From Candidatus Poribacteria bacterium (lineage in GTDB: Bacteria > Poribacteria > WGA-4E > PCPOR2b), in contig OZ242326.1 of the NCBI GenBank assembly GCA_965208325.1, positions 3,264,001 through 3,328,000 on the forward strand: a stretch of 64,000 nucleotides of DNA, written 5' to 3'. Position numbers and translations under genes: made by a program. The notes below the pieces were generated by a model. That model did no database searches and had not been told where the DNA came from. It saw only the letters and a list, made by a program, of their open reading frames with translations. Below, piece by piece: positions 10,681 to 22,377 of the stretch. Each line of letters starts with the position of its first letter. Positions within the stretch are counted from its first letter, which is position 1.

Positions 10681-10968
10681 AAAAAGTGGTAAATCAGATT
10701 TTGACCGTCAAGGTTGGCTTTGAAGTCACATGGACAGAGAACGAATGCTAATAGCTTAAATCCGCTGCCTGCGCCGGAGATGGTGAGAAGGGGGATTCAA
10801 ACCGATAGGACAAAAATTTTAACATACAATAAGTGCATTTGTTGTCTTAGGATGATTCGCGGGAATCGTCCGGGTTAGCAGTATGCGTTAGGAAGGAAGG
10901 CGTTACTATACTGCAAATCTTTTTGGAAAACGACGCCCGTCAGAATTTATTGCTTCATCAAAGCGTGC

Positions 10969-11253
10969 CTACGAGGAGCGTTTATGGAGTGCTAATTGGG
11001 CATTGCTTTGGCGTGAGTAGGTTGCCCACAATGATTTTGGTTTGTCTACGGACAGTCCGACGTTACCACATCCGCCGCAAACTGTGGCTCTCAGTTTTGC
11101 GGTGCGGGCTTGCTTGAAGATAAGGGCGTCAGGATTCCCCTGCACTTCAACTTCTAGGTCCTTTGCAGAGCCTACCGCGTCGCTGTGATCCCGAATCCTC
11201 AAGTTGTGCATGATTTCCTCGGAACCGCACCGGGGACACTTAATTTTCGCCAT
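10969..11253 (-). CDS. Small zinc-ribbon protein
   Basis: CPRC...CGGC motifs; AGGAG RBS before MAKIKCPRCG. Confidence 0.7.
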   Translation of the reverse strand: MAKIKCPRCGSEEIMHNLRIRDHSDAVGSAKDLEVEVQGNPDALIFKQARTAKLRATVCGGCGNVGLSVDKPKSLWATYSRQSNAQLALHKRSS

Positions 11254-11864
11254 TGATATTTGTCTCCTAATCCATTGGGATGGTGTGGATTTTGTGACTC
11301 TCGTTCCAAGCGCAAGCAAACGGCGATTGACGATTATGGGAATTCAGTCGTGTAGGTTGGGGTTCATTTGATTTGGGAAATCGACCGTACCCCCATTCTT
11401 TGGACAGCGATGAATGAGATTCAAGGTGGAAACCGGTGGCAATTTGGTCAGGATTGAAATGCCTGAATTCATTGGAAATATATCTGTGTGTTTTCTAAAC
11501 ACGCCTGAAAGAACTATCTTCGATTTGACGAACGAAGATTCGTTCCGGGGCTTTGGCTTATAACTGATGGTGCGGCGTTAAGGGCAACCACAAGGGTTGC
11601 CCCTACAGCGTATTAGCCCAATGTGAGGGTAGTCTTTTACATCTGCCGCCCCGCTGGGGCTATCGGGCGCTGGATTTATTTTGGAAAGATGTCTATTACA
11701 AATCAATTCATCACAGGCGATTCTAGGTTGAACGGGTATCATTTCTTCTTTTGATTCATCTGCCATTCAAATCACCTGCTACCGTAGTCAATTGGGCGAA
11801 GGGGACAGGTACGCTCGGTTGCGCGAACTACGTTAAGTTTCGCCTTCCCCCGCCGCACGATGGG

Positions 11865-12074
11865 TTATGAACGGAAACGCGGCAGATACAAAAATTCTCC
11901 GCAGTTCTTGCACTTCCTCCGATGTTTTGGAGCACTATCCCAATTGTGACCACCCCGCCATGTCCTGCACGACGGATGGCGCACATAGAGATTCTCAAGT
12001 AAAAAAGGTACGCCGCCGACTACCAGCGCCAAAACAAACAACCAAAAGAAAATCTCAAATTGCATTTTAATCAC
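11865..12074 (-). CDS. Small membrane-anchored Cys/His protein (hypothetical)
   Basis: N-terminal TM, then C..GGH.W....CKNCG. Confidence 0.45.
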   Translation of the reverse strand: MIKMQFEIFFWLFVLALVVGGVPFLLENLYVRHPSCRTWRGGHNWDSAPKHRRKCKNCGEFLYLPRFRS

Positions 12075-12086
12075 CTCGTATGCTTA

Positions 12087-12377
12087 CTAGATCGGACACG
12101 GGACTTCAATCAATTCACTGTTTATAGCAGAGCAGCGGTTGTGAACACGATCTATGTCAAAGCGGCACAGCGATGTGATGGCGCGTTTGAGCTTCTTTGG
12201 TTGTGTTTCAGAGAGTTTTTCAGATATGTCATTGCGAGAGGGGGCAATCTCCATTATGTCTCTAAGCACGGCGGTTATATTTAGAAAATCATGTGTTTGT
12301 GCCTCCAGTGCATCAAGAACCGCACTAATGAGTTTACGGTGAGCTTCCATATCTGAAATTTCGGCAGGTTTCGGCAT
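12087..12377 (-). CDS. Hypothetical protein
   Basis: 96-aa ORF, co-oriented and closely spaced with the 11865 ORF. Confidence 0.4.
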   Translation of the reverse strand: MPKPAEISDMEAHRKLISAVLDALEAQTHDFLNITAVLRDIMEIAPSRNDISEKLSETQPKKLKRAITSLCRFDIDRVHNRCSAINSELIEVPCPI

Positions 12378-12779
12378 ACCAATTTATTTTTGTGGACAAG
12401 GACAGACTTTACTTTCCGCCATTCTTTGGACAGGAAAAACATGGGATTTTGGGTGCAAAACGTTTGCAATTTGGTCAGATTTGAAATACCTGTATTTTTT
12501 GGTAATATACCTTATGTGGTGTTTGAAAGTCAAGCGATAGGCAAAGTACTTGTCGGTTGGATTGAGTCAGCGGGGAAATGCAAAATATAACCTCCCCTAA
12601 CTTCTCCTTGGTAAGGCGGGGAATTTTGATTGTATGATCCGCTATGGTACTCCTTAATACGGTCGCTTGAATCCAACACTAACTACAAAGGTTTGATGTA
12701 CAGATGTGTTTCTGTGTATAATATTAGCATCTTATTCCACGACATACACGCCACCACAAATCAAATAATGGAGGACATC

Positions 12780-13604
12780 ATGAAATACGTAGGTGCGTTG
12801 TTGCTATGTGTTGTATTGATTGTGGGCTGCGGGGATGGGAACAACAGGCCTGTTATTGAGAAAATCAATGCTCCCGACGAGGTTCGCGCGGGTGCGCGTA
12901 TAGAGCTTGAAGCTTCAGTTGTTGATAAGGATAATGATACACTGGTCTATAAATGGCTAGGACCGGGTGTGTTTATCTCCGGGACAACTCCGACGACGAT
13001 GTGGATTGCACCCGTTGATACGGGCGTCGTCACTGTCGCATTCACGGTGGACGACGGCATCAACGAAGTGGCGGTATCCTCAATTGAAGTAAACGTCATC
13101 CTCCATTCCTTGATTGTGCCCGGGCGAGAGGCCTCCGGCATAAGGTTAGGAGACGAATATGATACGGTGAAGGCGTTGTATGGCGAACCGGACAACTTTG
13201 ACCACAACCTTTTTTCGTATTGGAATCAGGACCTCGGTTTTTCCGGCTTTGTTGACGGCATCGGTCTAGTGGAGAGTCTATTTCTCAGCAGCCCGAATAC
13301 TTCCAAAACTGCCGGCGGCAATGGTATCGGAAGTGCTCTCAGCAGTATAGAGGGCGAATTTGGCGCGGCAGAAGAAATCAATGATGACGAAGACGATGAT
13401 GGCGAAGATCACTGGTATTGGACAATGGGAGTTCAGTTTGATTATGACGCCGGTTCTAATGTAGAGAGGATTTACGTCTTTAAGCCGCATATAAATTTCG
13501 CTGTGGCACCGGTACAATACGGCGATGTAACGATACAACAAGGACAAATTATCCAGAACAAGGCGGCGTTTGAGGCATTTTACGGAACGGGGTTGAGACG
13601 ATAA
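12780..13604 (+). CDS. Lipoprotein with Ig/PKD-like domain and repeated 'GI.LG......YG.P' domains
   Basis: Lipobox 'LIVGC', GGAGG RBS, 'NNRPVI..DKDNDTLVYKW'. Confidence 0.7.
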   Translation: MKYVGALLLCVVLIVGCGDGNNRPVIEKINAPDEVRAGARIELEASVVDKDNDTLVYKWLGPGVFISGTTPTTMWIAPVDTGVVTVAFTVDDGINEVAVSSIEVNVILHSLIVPGREASGIRLGDEYDTVKALYGEPDNFDHNLFSYWNQDLGFSGFVDGIGLVESLFLSSPNTSKTAGGNGIGSALSSIEGEFGAAEEINDDEDDDGEDHWYWTMGVQFDYDAGSNVERIYVFKPHINFAVAPVQYGDVTIQQGQIIQNKAAFEAFYGTGLRR

Positions 13605-14065
13605 CGGCAATAGCGGGCGCATCTACGGAGATTGCTCACCGCTCAAACTCGACCTAACCTAGAAAATTAATTTGTTGCGAGATGCTCTTCCAAGTTGGGT
13701 GTAGTTACCCCCGCTAACTCCCCCTTATAAAAGGGGAGGATTTTACCAGAGAAGACTATCGCAGTCCCTATTCGGCCGGTTGATCACTCCAAGCCGAGTG
13801 CGATGTCTATAGCCAAGAGGTGCTCGACTCACACCCGCTCCAGCGGCTCGGTTAGCTAGGCTTACTTATTTCTATAGACATACCGCTCCTCTGGAGCGGG
13901 TGCGTCGTGCACAATCAAGCAACCGACTAGGTAGTGCTGTTCTTTTCAGAAGACTATCGCCCTCGTCATTCACTCGGTTGGTCGTTCCTCTGAAGCGGAA
14001 GATATGATGCCGTGGAGTTATGAATCTCGATCAACCAAGCTAGAAAGTTGGGTTACAAACAAGCG

Positions 14066-14290
14066 TCAATTCCAAACTTCTTCGTGGGTATGAAATTTCA
14101 ACTGATTTGTTTTTTTTCGTTCAAGGATATCTTCCATATCTTTATGAAGTGGAGATTCCTTACCAAGGCTAAAGAAATCCTGTGAAGCAAACTGCATGAG
14201 TTCTTCACGAACTACTTTACGGATTATTACTTCCAACTGCTCAACGGTCATTGTAATTTTCGTATGTTGTGTTGTTACATCGTCAGTCAT
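14066..14290 (-). CDS. Small antitoxin-like protein (no toxin partner seen)
   Basis: GGAGG RBS; 'LEVIIRKVVREEL' and C-terminal 'THEEVW' resemble RelE-partner antitoxins. Confidence 0.45.
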   Translation of the reverse strand: MTDDVTTQHTKITMTVEQLEVIIRKVVREELMQFASQDFFSLGKESPLHKDMEDILERKKTNQLKFHTHEEVWN

Positions 14291-14609
14291 TTTGACTATC
14301 CTCCTTCAATAGCAGTAACGAATTTCTTTCTAGCACGAAATATTCACACTTGCCGCCCCGTGGACGGGTTAAAAATTACCCCCAAAACCTATAGTTTGTC
14401 AAATGATATTGTTTCATGAGGAACAACAGCGCATCGCAAAATGAGCAAGTGTTGGTTTTGGGAAAAGACTACCGCCAAAGAGCTAAGAAGAACTGCAAAA
14501 CTATCGCACTCACTATTTGGTCGGTTGATATCTCTGGAATGACCCCAAAAAACTGGACAGTGAGCTAAGAAGGATTTTATAATGACTAACCGTCCAGAAA
14601 GGGGCTATC

Positions 14610-14903
14610 ATGTCGAAGACAAGACGTCAATTTACACCCGAATTTAAGCTCGAATGTGTGCTAGATATCATCAGTGGGCGGAAACGCCCAGTTGAAGTTT
14701 GTAACGAATATCAAATCAGCGATACCTTGCTGTCCAAATGGCGCCAACACTTCATGGAAAACGCCGCGAATCTCTTTGTGGCTGAGCAGAACCACAAGAA
14801 CGCCTCCAATGCGCGCATCGCTGAACTGGAGCGTCTCGTCGGGCAATTGACACTGGAGCTGTCTGCCTCAAAAAACGTATTGAGTTACTTCGACTCTCGA
14901 TAA
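14610..14903 (+). CDS. IS3 transposase OrfA (HTH)
   Basis: 'RRQFTPEFKLECV', 'RIAELERLVGQLTLE'. Confidence 0.85.
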   Translation: MSKTRRQFTPEFKLECVLDIISGRKRPVEVCNEYQISDTLLSKWRQHFMENAANLFVAEQNHKNASNARIAELERLVGQLTLELSASKNVLSYFDSR

Positions 14904-14917
14904 AGCAGAAACGGAAA

Positions 14918-15739
14918 TTGGCGAAACGCGGCAGCGAAGCATTTCCCATTAGCCTACTGTGTAATGTGCTCGGCTTGTCTCGAAGCAGTTTCTATTACGA
15001 TTCCAAAGCCGAGGGTGATGCTCAGCTTTGCCGGCATATCGAGCAAATACGTTTATCAAATCACCGCTATGGGTATCGCAGAATCACAAATGAACTGCAT
15101 CGTCAAGGATTGGTTGTCAACCGAAAACGGGTTCAACGTCTGGTTGGCACACTAGGGCTTCGGGTACGTCCTAGGCGAAAGCGGGTGATTACCACCAACA
15201 GTCAACCCGGACGATATGCGTATCCGAATTTGCTCAAAGATTTATCGGCCACTTATCCTGACCAGATTTGGTGTGCAGATATCACCTATATTCCACTGGC
15301 TAGTGGTCAAGTGGCTTATCTGGCGTTATTGTTTGATGTTTTTACTCGAACCATAAGAGGCTGATCGCGAAACATGTCAGTTAACTTGCTGTCTTGGGCA
15401 TTGAGGAGAAAAGCATTAGCAAGACAGCATCGTCCGCAAATCCATCATTCAGACCGTGGTGGACAGTACATTGCTGAGAAGTATTGTCAGCAATTGAGAG
15501 CGATAGCGTGCCGCATTTCCATGACGGAGCGTGGGAAACCGTGGCAGAATCCATACGTTGAGAGTACGATTAGCAGAATCAAAGACGAGTATATCGTTGA
15601 CTCCGAGTATCAGAATTTCCACGATGCGTACAACCAACTATGTCCAGTATTAGATGTCGTGTATAATCAGACAAGGCCTCATTCAGCGCTAGGCTATCGG
15701 ACACCTGCTGAATTCGAGGCCGCGTATAATGCACACTAG
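14918..15739 (+). pseudogene. IS3 transposase OrfB (DDE), premature TGA at 15362
   Basis: 'W.ADITY', 'HHSDRGGQY', 'YNQTRPHSALGY.TP'; the conserved GW position reads G-stop. Confidence 0.85.
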
Positions 15740-16054
15740 AACTCAAACCGGAATTCCATCTTGAATCAATTACGCAGCACTAACATAGTTGTATGCGAGA
15801 CCTAAACTTCAAAATACCTTCTTAACATCAACAATTTCGTGTCCAAACAATTGGGGTCACTGCCCTCTACCCAACCTACAAAAACCTGACCCCCTCTAAC
15901 TCCCCCTTATCAAGGGGGAGGATTTTACATTCGTTCGGTAGCTCTTTCGTTATTCGATCGGTTGATTCACATCAACGAAAACTAGGGATTGGATTCAAGT
16001 TTAAGAAACCGAGATTTCAAGAAAAATCTCGGTTTGGGCGGGATTGTTACCTGA

Positions 16055-17899
16055 TTAGATAGTCTCCCTCACTTTGCGAACGATGGATGCGGCGCTGATG
16101 CCGTGCTGCTCCATGAGTTCATCGGGTTTTCCGGATCGGGGAAGGCTGGTAACGGCGAGTTTGTGAACTTTAATTCCGCAGGAAGCGACTGCGTCGAGGA
16201 CGGCGTCGCCAATTCCGCCCTCACGGTAGTGGTCTTCGACCGTGATTAGCGTATTATTCGTGACAGCGGCGGCGCGTAGGAGAGATTCGGTATCAACGGG
16301 CTTGACAGAGTAGAGATCGATGACGCGAATGGAGATGCCTTCTGATTTGAGCTGATCGTAGGCTTTTAACGCCTCATTGAGTGTAACACCTGCCGCAACA
16401 ACAGTGGCTACATCGTTCGAATCTTCACGAAGGGTCTTGCTGCCTCCGATGGGGAAGTGTTCGTCGTTTGCATAGATTACGGGGGTTTTGGGGCGCGATG
16501 TACGGATATAGACGATGCCGTCATGCCGCGCGGCTTCACCGACTAAGCGCTCGGCTGAGACTGCGTCGCTCGGATAGAGGACAACAGATCCCGGAAGCGT
16601 TCGGAACATCGCCAAATCCTCTAAGCCCATTTGCGATGGGCCGTCTTCGCCGATAGAGATGCCGGCATGTGAGCCAGCGTATTTGATATTCGCTTGGGAG
16701 ATTGCAGACATTCGAATCTGATCCGCTGATCGGGTCAGAAATGCCGCGAAGCTGGAGACAAACGGCACCTTTCCGCACTTTGACAACCCGATTCCCGAAC
16801 CGACGAGGTTCTGCTCCGCGATAAACATTTCAAAATACCGGTTGCCGTGCTTTTCCATGAATTGTTCGGCGTATGTGGAATTTTTGACATCCGCATCCAG
16901 CGCCACGACCTGCGGGTTTGCATCTCCCAACTTTGCGAGACCTGCCCCGTATCCACTACGGGATGCGACGTCTTCGCCAATCTGATAGTCGGGCGGTGCG
17001 ACCTCTCGCATCTCGGCAGCGGCTTGATTTGAGGGTACAGCCGGCGTTTCAATTTGAAATCCGCCATTTGAACCGAGCGGACCAAGTTCATTGAGCGCTG
17101 CATCGAGTTGTTCGCCTTTGGGAATGGCTTTTCCGTGCCAACCCTCTTTGTCTTCAACAAATGAGACGCCTTTACCTTTGATAGTCTTTGCGACAATCAT
17201 CGTCGGCTGAATTGCCGACGCATTCGCACTGTCTAACGCGGACAAAATGTCGTCAAGATTATGTCCGTCAATGGCGATGGTGTTCCAACCGAACGATTCA
17301 AAGCGTCGGCAATAAGAATCTATGTCGAACCCGTACATGGTGCGTCCGCTCTGCCCTCTTCCGTTGACATCGACAATACCAATTAAGTTGTTGAGTTTAT
17401 AGTGCGACGCCAACGCAACCGCTTCCCAGACGCCGCCTTCAGCCGATTCACCATCGCCCATGAGGACATATACGCGGTAATCGGATTTGTCCAGGTATTT
17501 ACCGTTTAGCGCCATCCCAACGCCAATTGACAGGCCCTGCCCCAACGATCCGGTCGCCACATCGACCCAATCCAAGCGCGGGGTGGGGTGGCCTTCGAGG
17601 TTGCTGTCAATCCGGCGCAGATCGAGCAGATCATCAACAGAGACAATGCCTGCCTCTGCCCAAGCCGCGTAGAGCAGCGGTGCAGCATGGCCTTTTGACA
17701 AGATGAAGCGGTCGTTGTTTGGGTTGTGCGGGTTACGGCGATCATAACGCATGGTGTGAAAAAAGAGCGCAGCAACGATATCAGCGGCTGACATACAGGT
17801 CGTTGGATGGCCGGATGCGGCTTCAGATGTAGATATGATTGAGTGGATGCGTAAATTATCGGCTTTTTGCTTCAGAAACGCCCTTAGGTCTTCGGTCAT
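16055..17899 (-). CDS. tkt: Transketolase
   Basis: 'SGHPTT', 'LSKGHAAP', 'GSLGQG', 'GDGE..EG..WE', 'IAEQN', 'GEDGPSQ'. Confidence 0.95.
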   Translation of the reverse strand: MTEDLRAFLKQKADNLRIHSIISTSEAASGHPTTCMSAADIVAALFFHTMRYDRRNPHNPNNDRFILSKGHAAPLLYAAWAEAGIVSVDDLLDLRRIDSNLEGHPTPRLDWVDVATGSLGQGLSIGVGMALNGKYLDKSDYRVYVLMGDGESAEGGVWEAVALASHYKLNNLIGIVDVNGRGQSGRTMYGFDIDSYCRRFESFGWNTIAIDGHNLDDILSALDSANASAIQPTMIVAKTIKGKGVSFVEDKEGWHGKAIPKGEQLDAALNELGPLGSNGGFQIETPAVPSNQAAAEMREVAPPDYQIGEDVASRSGYGAGLAKLGDANPQVVALDADVKNSTYAEQFMEKHGNRYFEMFIAEQNLVGSGIGLSKCGKVPFVSSFAAFLTRSADQIRMSAISQANIKYAGSHAGISIGEDGPSQMGLEDLAMFRTLPGSVVLYPSDAVSAERLVGEAARHDGIVYIRTSRPKTPVIYANDEHFPIGGSKTLREDSNDVATVVAAGVTLNEALKAYDQLKSEGISIRVIDLYSVKPVDTESLLRAAAVTNNTLITVEDHYREGGIGDAVLDAVASCGIKVHKLAVTSLPRSGKPDELMEQHGISAASIVRKVRETI

Positions 17900-18766
17900 T
17901 CGGTGATATTCCTTTCTGGTTAAATTTTGTCGGGTTCAATAAAAATGCCTCCAAACCTGCGTCTGCAATACATGCTCTTATAGACTGACACTTTTCGTAA
18001 ATTGGGGCGGCTGTACCTTGTGGATTGGCAACATTGGAAACTCTCGGTTGAGCGAAGAGTTGTTGTAATTCGATGGTTCATCGCGAATGCGGGGCAAGAT
18101 GCCCCGCCTACGATGGGTAAAACGTCTGAATATGCCCTTCGGCGCCCAGTGAATCGGGCAACTACAATCTGAAGTTTGTAAGTCCTAACTGACACAAAAT
18201 GGCTGCTATGTTAATTAGACACCTTCATGGACAAAGATATGTTGTCAAATTCAGATTAGCGGGCATATTATACCTGATTATAGTTTTCAGTGTCAAAACC
18301 GTGCCCTCGTTAGCTTATACGAATAACCCAAAAAAAGCCCCCTTCAGAACTGATGATGGCCTACGGAAAAGGATTTTCATTAAGAGATTTAAGGTTTGTA
18401 ACATCGCCTGTTCTAATGCCATAATTCATTGTTAAATTTTCACAAACTTAGAATGAGTCTTGTCAGATTAATTCCCTACAAGATATGATATGAATATTGG
18501 ATTTAGTTTTATTGAAAGCAAAAAATTTTATCCGTTTTAAGCTTATTACAAAAAATTAGGAGATCTTTAGTTGAGAGATGTTTTTCCTTGAGGGTTAAAA
18601 CACGGTTGGGATAGGGGTTTGCGACGGGTTAAAGATTTCATCAATGATGGGGAAATTAAGGAAAGGAATTAGGAAGAAAACAAATATGGTAAGGTGTTCG
18701 GAGGGACAAAAAAAGGCGGTTAACAAGCTCAATCCAAAATCTACTGTGAAAAACTTGTTATCCGCC

Positions 18767-19081
18767 TTAATGGTTTGAACGACTATTTCCAAAAGTCCCG
18801 TGTTGTGCTAGGTGATTAAGATGGTCTTCTCTATTTGCGCGAATATCATCACGCAGGGGCGAAATTAGTTCCTTCAGGCTTGCTATATCGTCCTTTGTTG
18901 CTGTGGCTTCAATCCGCTTGATTAGTCTCTCTTCTAATCCTTTGAAATCGCCTCTTATAGTAGCTACATCAGCGTTGTTTGGTACGTTTAACCACAAAAA
19001 AGCTGCTGCACCAATTATTGTGCAAGCAATTGCAATAGTTTTCCACCACGTAAACCCATCACGACCTCCATTATCCTCCAT
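18767..19081 (-). CDS. Single-TM coiled-coil hypothetical protein
   Basis: TM segment then heptad 'ATKDDIASLKE' region, inside an AT-rich stretch. Confidence 0.55.
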   Translation of the reverse strand: MEDNGGRDGFTWWKTIAIACTIIGAAAFLWLNVPNNADVATIRGDFKGLEERLIKRIEATATKDDIASLKELISPLRDDIRANREDHLNHLAQHGTFGNSRSNH

Positions 19082-19626
19082 ATTGGGTTATCCTTTCTTT
19101 TGATTCTGGTGATTTGGTTTGAAAATGAGTTTCGCGTAATGGTTATGTTGGGTGTATTTCCTCGTTTTGCTACAAGAATACTAAAATCATTAGAATAATG
19201 TCAGATAATTCTACATAATGTAGGCAATTATTGTCAAGTTATTTCTTTTAACTAACGCAAGTTCTGATTGATTCTGAGCGAAACTAGATGCCTTCCGGAG
19301 TAAATCCCAAAAACGAGAATTTTTGTAAGAGTCGTAAAAACAATTTCCTTCACCTATACGCTAAAGCGTTCGTCTATGGGCAAAATCGACGAGGCATCTG
19401 AATCACACGCTCTATTTCGGAAATATTTTTTGCAATTTTTTGTTCATGTTGAAATCTCCCCTCAAACTGTACCTTCGCGGGTTTGGTTTAGTATTGCTAA
19501 ATTACTGATAAACATCACTCAGACAACCCTTCAAAAATTGAATTTATATATGTAAGTGTTCTCGGCAGAATTCATGAAAATGCCGGACTGTTCCGTTGCG
19601 CGCCGAAGAGGAACAGCGGTTAAGAG

Positions 19627-21027
19627 CTAATCCGCCTTCACGTTTGGAGCAGTCATTTTACTGGGTACGACAGTTTGATCGAATTCTGCGGCGGTCAAGA
19701 GGTTCAGTTCGAGGGCAACCTGCCGCAACGTTTTGCCTTCTGTGTGTGCGGTTTTCGCTACGAGTGCGGCGTTGCCGCAGCCAATTTTGGGCGAGAGCGC
19801 GGTTACGAGCATAAGGGAGTCGTTCAGATAACTATTGATTTTGTGTAAGTTCGGACGAATGCCGTGCACACAGTTTTGGGCGAATGAGTTGCAAACGTCG
19901 CCCAAAAGGCGAATTGACTGCAAGGCGTTAAAAGCGATTACGGGCATAAACGCATTGAGTTCAAAGTTGCCGGAAGCGCCGGCTACGGCGATGGCGGTAT
20001 CGTTTCCGATAACCTGCGCGCAAACCATAGTCATTGCTTCACACTGCGTTGGATTGGTCTTGCCCGGCATGATGGAGCTCGCCAATCCATCTGCCGGCAG
20101 GATAAGTTCTCCAATTCCGCAGTGCGGGCCGCTCGCTAGCCACCGGATGTCGTTTGCAATCTTATTGAGCGAACACGCCAGCGTTTTGAACGCGCCGCTG
20201 GCTTCGACAACAGCATCTCGTGCAGCAAGGGCTTCAAACGTATTAGGCGCCGTTACAAAAGGGAGTCCGGTAAGCCTTGCTATTGACGCCGCAGCATTTA
20301 CCGCGAATTCGGGGCGAGTGTTTAAACCGGTGCCGACTGCGGTTCCGCCAATCGGCAATTCATAAAGATGAGCGAGGCAGTCATCCATTGCGCGGAGCGC
20401 ATGAGTCAACTGGGATGCGTATCCTGAGAACTCTTGCCCGAGCGTTAGCGGTGTTGCATCTTGCAGGTGGGTGCGCCCAATCTTCACGATGTCTTTGAAG
20501 GCTTCGGCTTGGTTGGCGAGCGCATTCTCCAAACGTGTCACTGCGGGAATAAGCCGATGGTGAATACTCTCCACCATGGCAACGTGGATAGCGGTTGGAA
20601 ACGAGTCATTGGACGACTGAGACCTGTTAACATGGCGGTTCGGATTGATGGGATTGTTACTGCCCAAATCCCCGCCCAGCAGCTCAATCGCCCGGTTGGC
20701 AATCACTTCGTTGACGTTTATATTCGTCTGAGCGCCGTTGCCGGCTTGCCAGACGACAAGGGGAAAATGGTCATCAAGTGTACCGTCAATCACCTCTTGA
20801 GCGGCTGCCATGATAACTTCCGCTTTGGCTTGTTCCAATTCCCCCAATTGGGTGTTTACTTCAGCGGCGGCATACTTCACGATTCCAAGCGCCCGAATCA
20901 TCTCCCGCGGGAATCGCTCACCGCCGATCCTAAAATTGTGAAGTGAGCGTTGGGTTTGCGCTCCCCAGTACCGATCCGCAGGAATTTCAACTTTGCCCAG
21001 ACTGTCTGTCTCGAGTCGCGTGTGCAT
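19627..21027 (-). CDS. fumC: Class II fumarate hydratase (divergent)
   Basis: 'WGAQTQRS', 'SQSSND', '[10 protein letters not shown]', 'SSIMPGK.NP.QCE'. Confidence 0.9.
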   Translation of the reverse strand: MHTRLETDSLGKVEIPADRYWGAQTQRSLHNFRIGGERFPREMIRALGIVKYAAAEVNTQLGELEQAKAEVIMAAAQEVIDGTLDDHFPLVVWQAGNGAQTNINVNEVIANRAIELLGGDLGSNNPINPNRHVNRSQSSNDSFPTAIHVAMVESIHHRLIPAVTRLENALANQAEAFKDIVKIGRTHLQDATPLTLGQEFSGYASQLTHALRAMDDCLAHLYELPIGGTAVGTGLNTRPEFAVNAAASIARLTGLPFVTAPNTFEALAARDAVVEASGAFKTLACSLNKIANDIRWLASGPHCGIGELILPADGLASSIMPGKTNPTQCEAMTMVCAQVIGNDTAIAVAGASGNFELNAFMPVIAFNALQSIRLLGDVCNSFAQNCVHGIRPNLHKINSYLNDSLMLVTALSPKIGCGNAALVAKTAHTEGKTLRQVALELNLLTAAEFDQTVVPSKMTAPNVKAD

Positions 21028-21339
21028 CTATCTCTCTAATTCACCTCTATTTCAATGCCGCTAAGAACCTCCGTAACCGTGTCGCTTTAGCTATGCTTTG
21101 GTAAAGCAAGAAGAATCTCTGCGGAGCATAAACCGGTTATATTCGTCAATAGTATGGCGAGGACATCACGGGATGTAAACTCGTTTGGGCACGTTGTCTT
21201 GGGGAGTAAGTTTCGGATACGGAAACAGATAAAGCCGCTGGCATCTACAGATATTTGCGGCTTTCGTCTTAATATAAGTTTGTAGAATAACCATCCCACC
21301 CTCGACAAGCACATGCTGCGCGGCGACGATGAGAAGGCG

Positions 21340-22377
21340 CTAAGGGGTATTAAGTCCGGTGCAGCGAAACCCGCGGAAGTTTTGGTTGTCCGAGGGGTCG
21401 TAGTTTAGGCGGAGCGCCACAGGCAGGTGGATGGGAATATCGAACCAAGACGCGCCGCGCAACACACGATCCGATGTTATGCCCCTGAGGTAGCCGTTCG
21501 CAAAGTCGAGCAACCCCCCAGCCACCGGATTGTTCTTTGGGCCGGTGGTATAGTAACCTGCTTGGTACTGATCCATACACCATTCCCAGACATTTCCAGC
21601 CATATCGTGCAAACCGTAGCCGTTGGGCGAAAAACTGCCAACAGGGGCGGTACGCGCGAAACCGTCATCATACCCTTCAAAGACCGTCCAACTGGGAAAG
21701 GCTCTCTTTGCAGCTTCATCAGCCAAGTTTCCTGCGCCTGGGGGCGGGGTCGGCGAATCGCCCCACACGTAACGTTTCCCCACCAACCCGCCTCGGGCGG
21801 CTTTTTCCCACTGGGCTTCGGTTGGAAGCTGCTTCCCCGCCCATTTGGCGTAAGCGACGGCGTCATGCCAATTGACACCGACGACCGGGTAATTGGGTTG
21901 GTTGTATTGTGAATCATTCCAATACGGCGGCGCCCGGTGACCCTTAGCCTCCATGAATTTTTTGTATTGGGCGTTTGTCACTTCATATACATCCATGTAA
22001 AAATCGTCTAGATATACCGTGTGTACGGGAAGGTCGTCGTCAGCACCGTCATCGAAATGGTCTCCCATTTGAAACTCACCGGCGGGAACCAGGCGCATCA
22101 ATGCTCCGTCGGACGGGGATGTAATCTCCACAGGCAGTTCTTCTGCGGCACCGTCGCCATAAGTTCCGATATTGGCGGCAAAGAACACGGCCATTACTAA
22201 CAGCATTAGCATTGAAATCAGCGAGGTCGGGGTTGGGGAGAAAGGCGGCTGGATACAATGGACGACTTTTGTCACGAATCTTGTGAAGGCCTGGTATATC
22301 ATGGGAAGGGTTGAATGAAACGGGCGCTGCCACCGCCGATGCAGGCGGGTGCAGCTACGGCCGACGAGTTTGCTCAT
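21340..22377 (-). CDS. Formylglycine-generating-enzyme (SUMF1/FGE-sulfatase) domain protein; true start may be ~22212
   Basis: 'F.MG', 'YEVTNAQY', 'LPTEAQWEKAARGG', 'PNGYGLHDMAGNVWEW', 'GFRC'. Confidence 0.9.
   Translation of the reverse strand: MSKLVGRSCTRLHRRWQRPFHSTLPMIYQAFTRFVTKVVHCIQPPFSPTPTSLISMLMLLVMAVFFAANIGTYGDGAAEELPVEITSPSDGALMRLVPAGEFQMGDHFDDGADDDLPVHTVYLDDFYMDVYEVTNAQYKKFMEAKGHRAPPYWNDSQYNQPNYPVVGVNWHDAVAYAKWAGKQLPTEAQWEKAARGGLVGKRYVWGDSPTPPPGAGNLADEAAKRAFPSWTVFEGYDDGFARTAPVGSFSPNGYGLHDMAGNVWEWCMDQYQAGYYTTGPKNNPVAGGLLDFANGYLRGITSDRVLRGASWFDIPIHLPVALRLNYDPSDNQNFRGFRCTGLNTP

Larger units (their letters stand above)
14535..15864 (+). mobile_element. IS3-family insertion sequence, inactivated
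   Basis: Imperfect terminal IRs (TGGAATGACCCCAAAAAACTGGACA / TGTCCAAACAATTGGGGTCACTGCC), CTC 3-bp flanking duplication, orfA+orfB with an A6C slip site at 14870-14876. Confidence 0.9.

Noticed and set aside
15362..15364. In-frame TGA in IS3 orfB as a second Sec or recoding site
   Set aside because: It falls at the conserved Trp of the 'GW' motif (TGG>TGA) with no redox context. TGA also terminates normal genes here, so this is a nonsense mutation.
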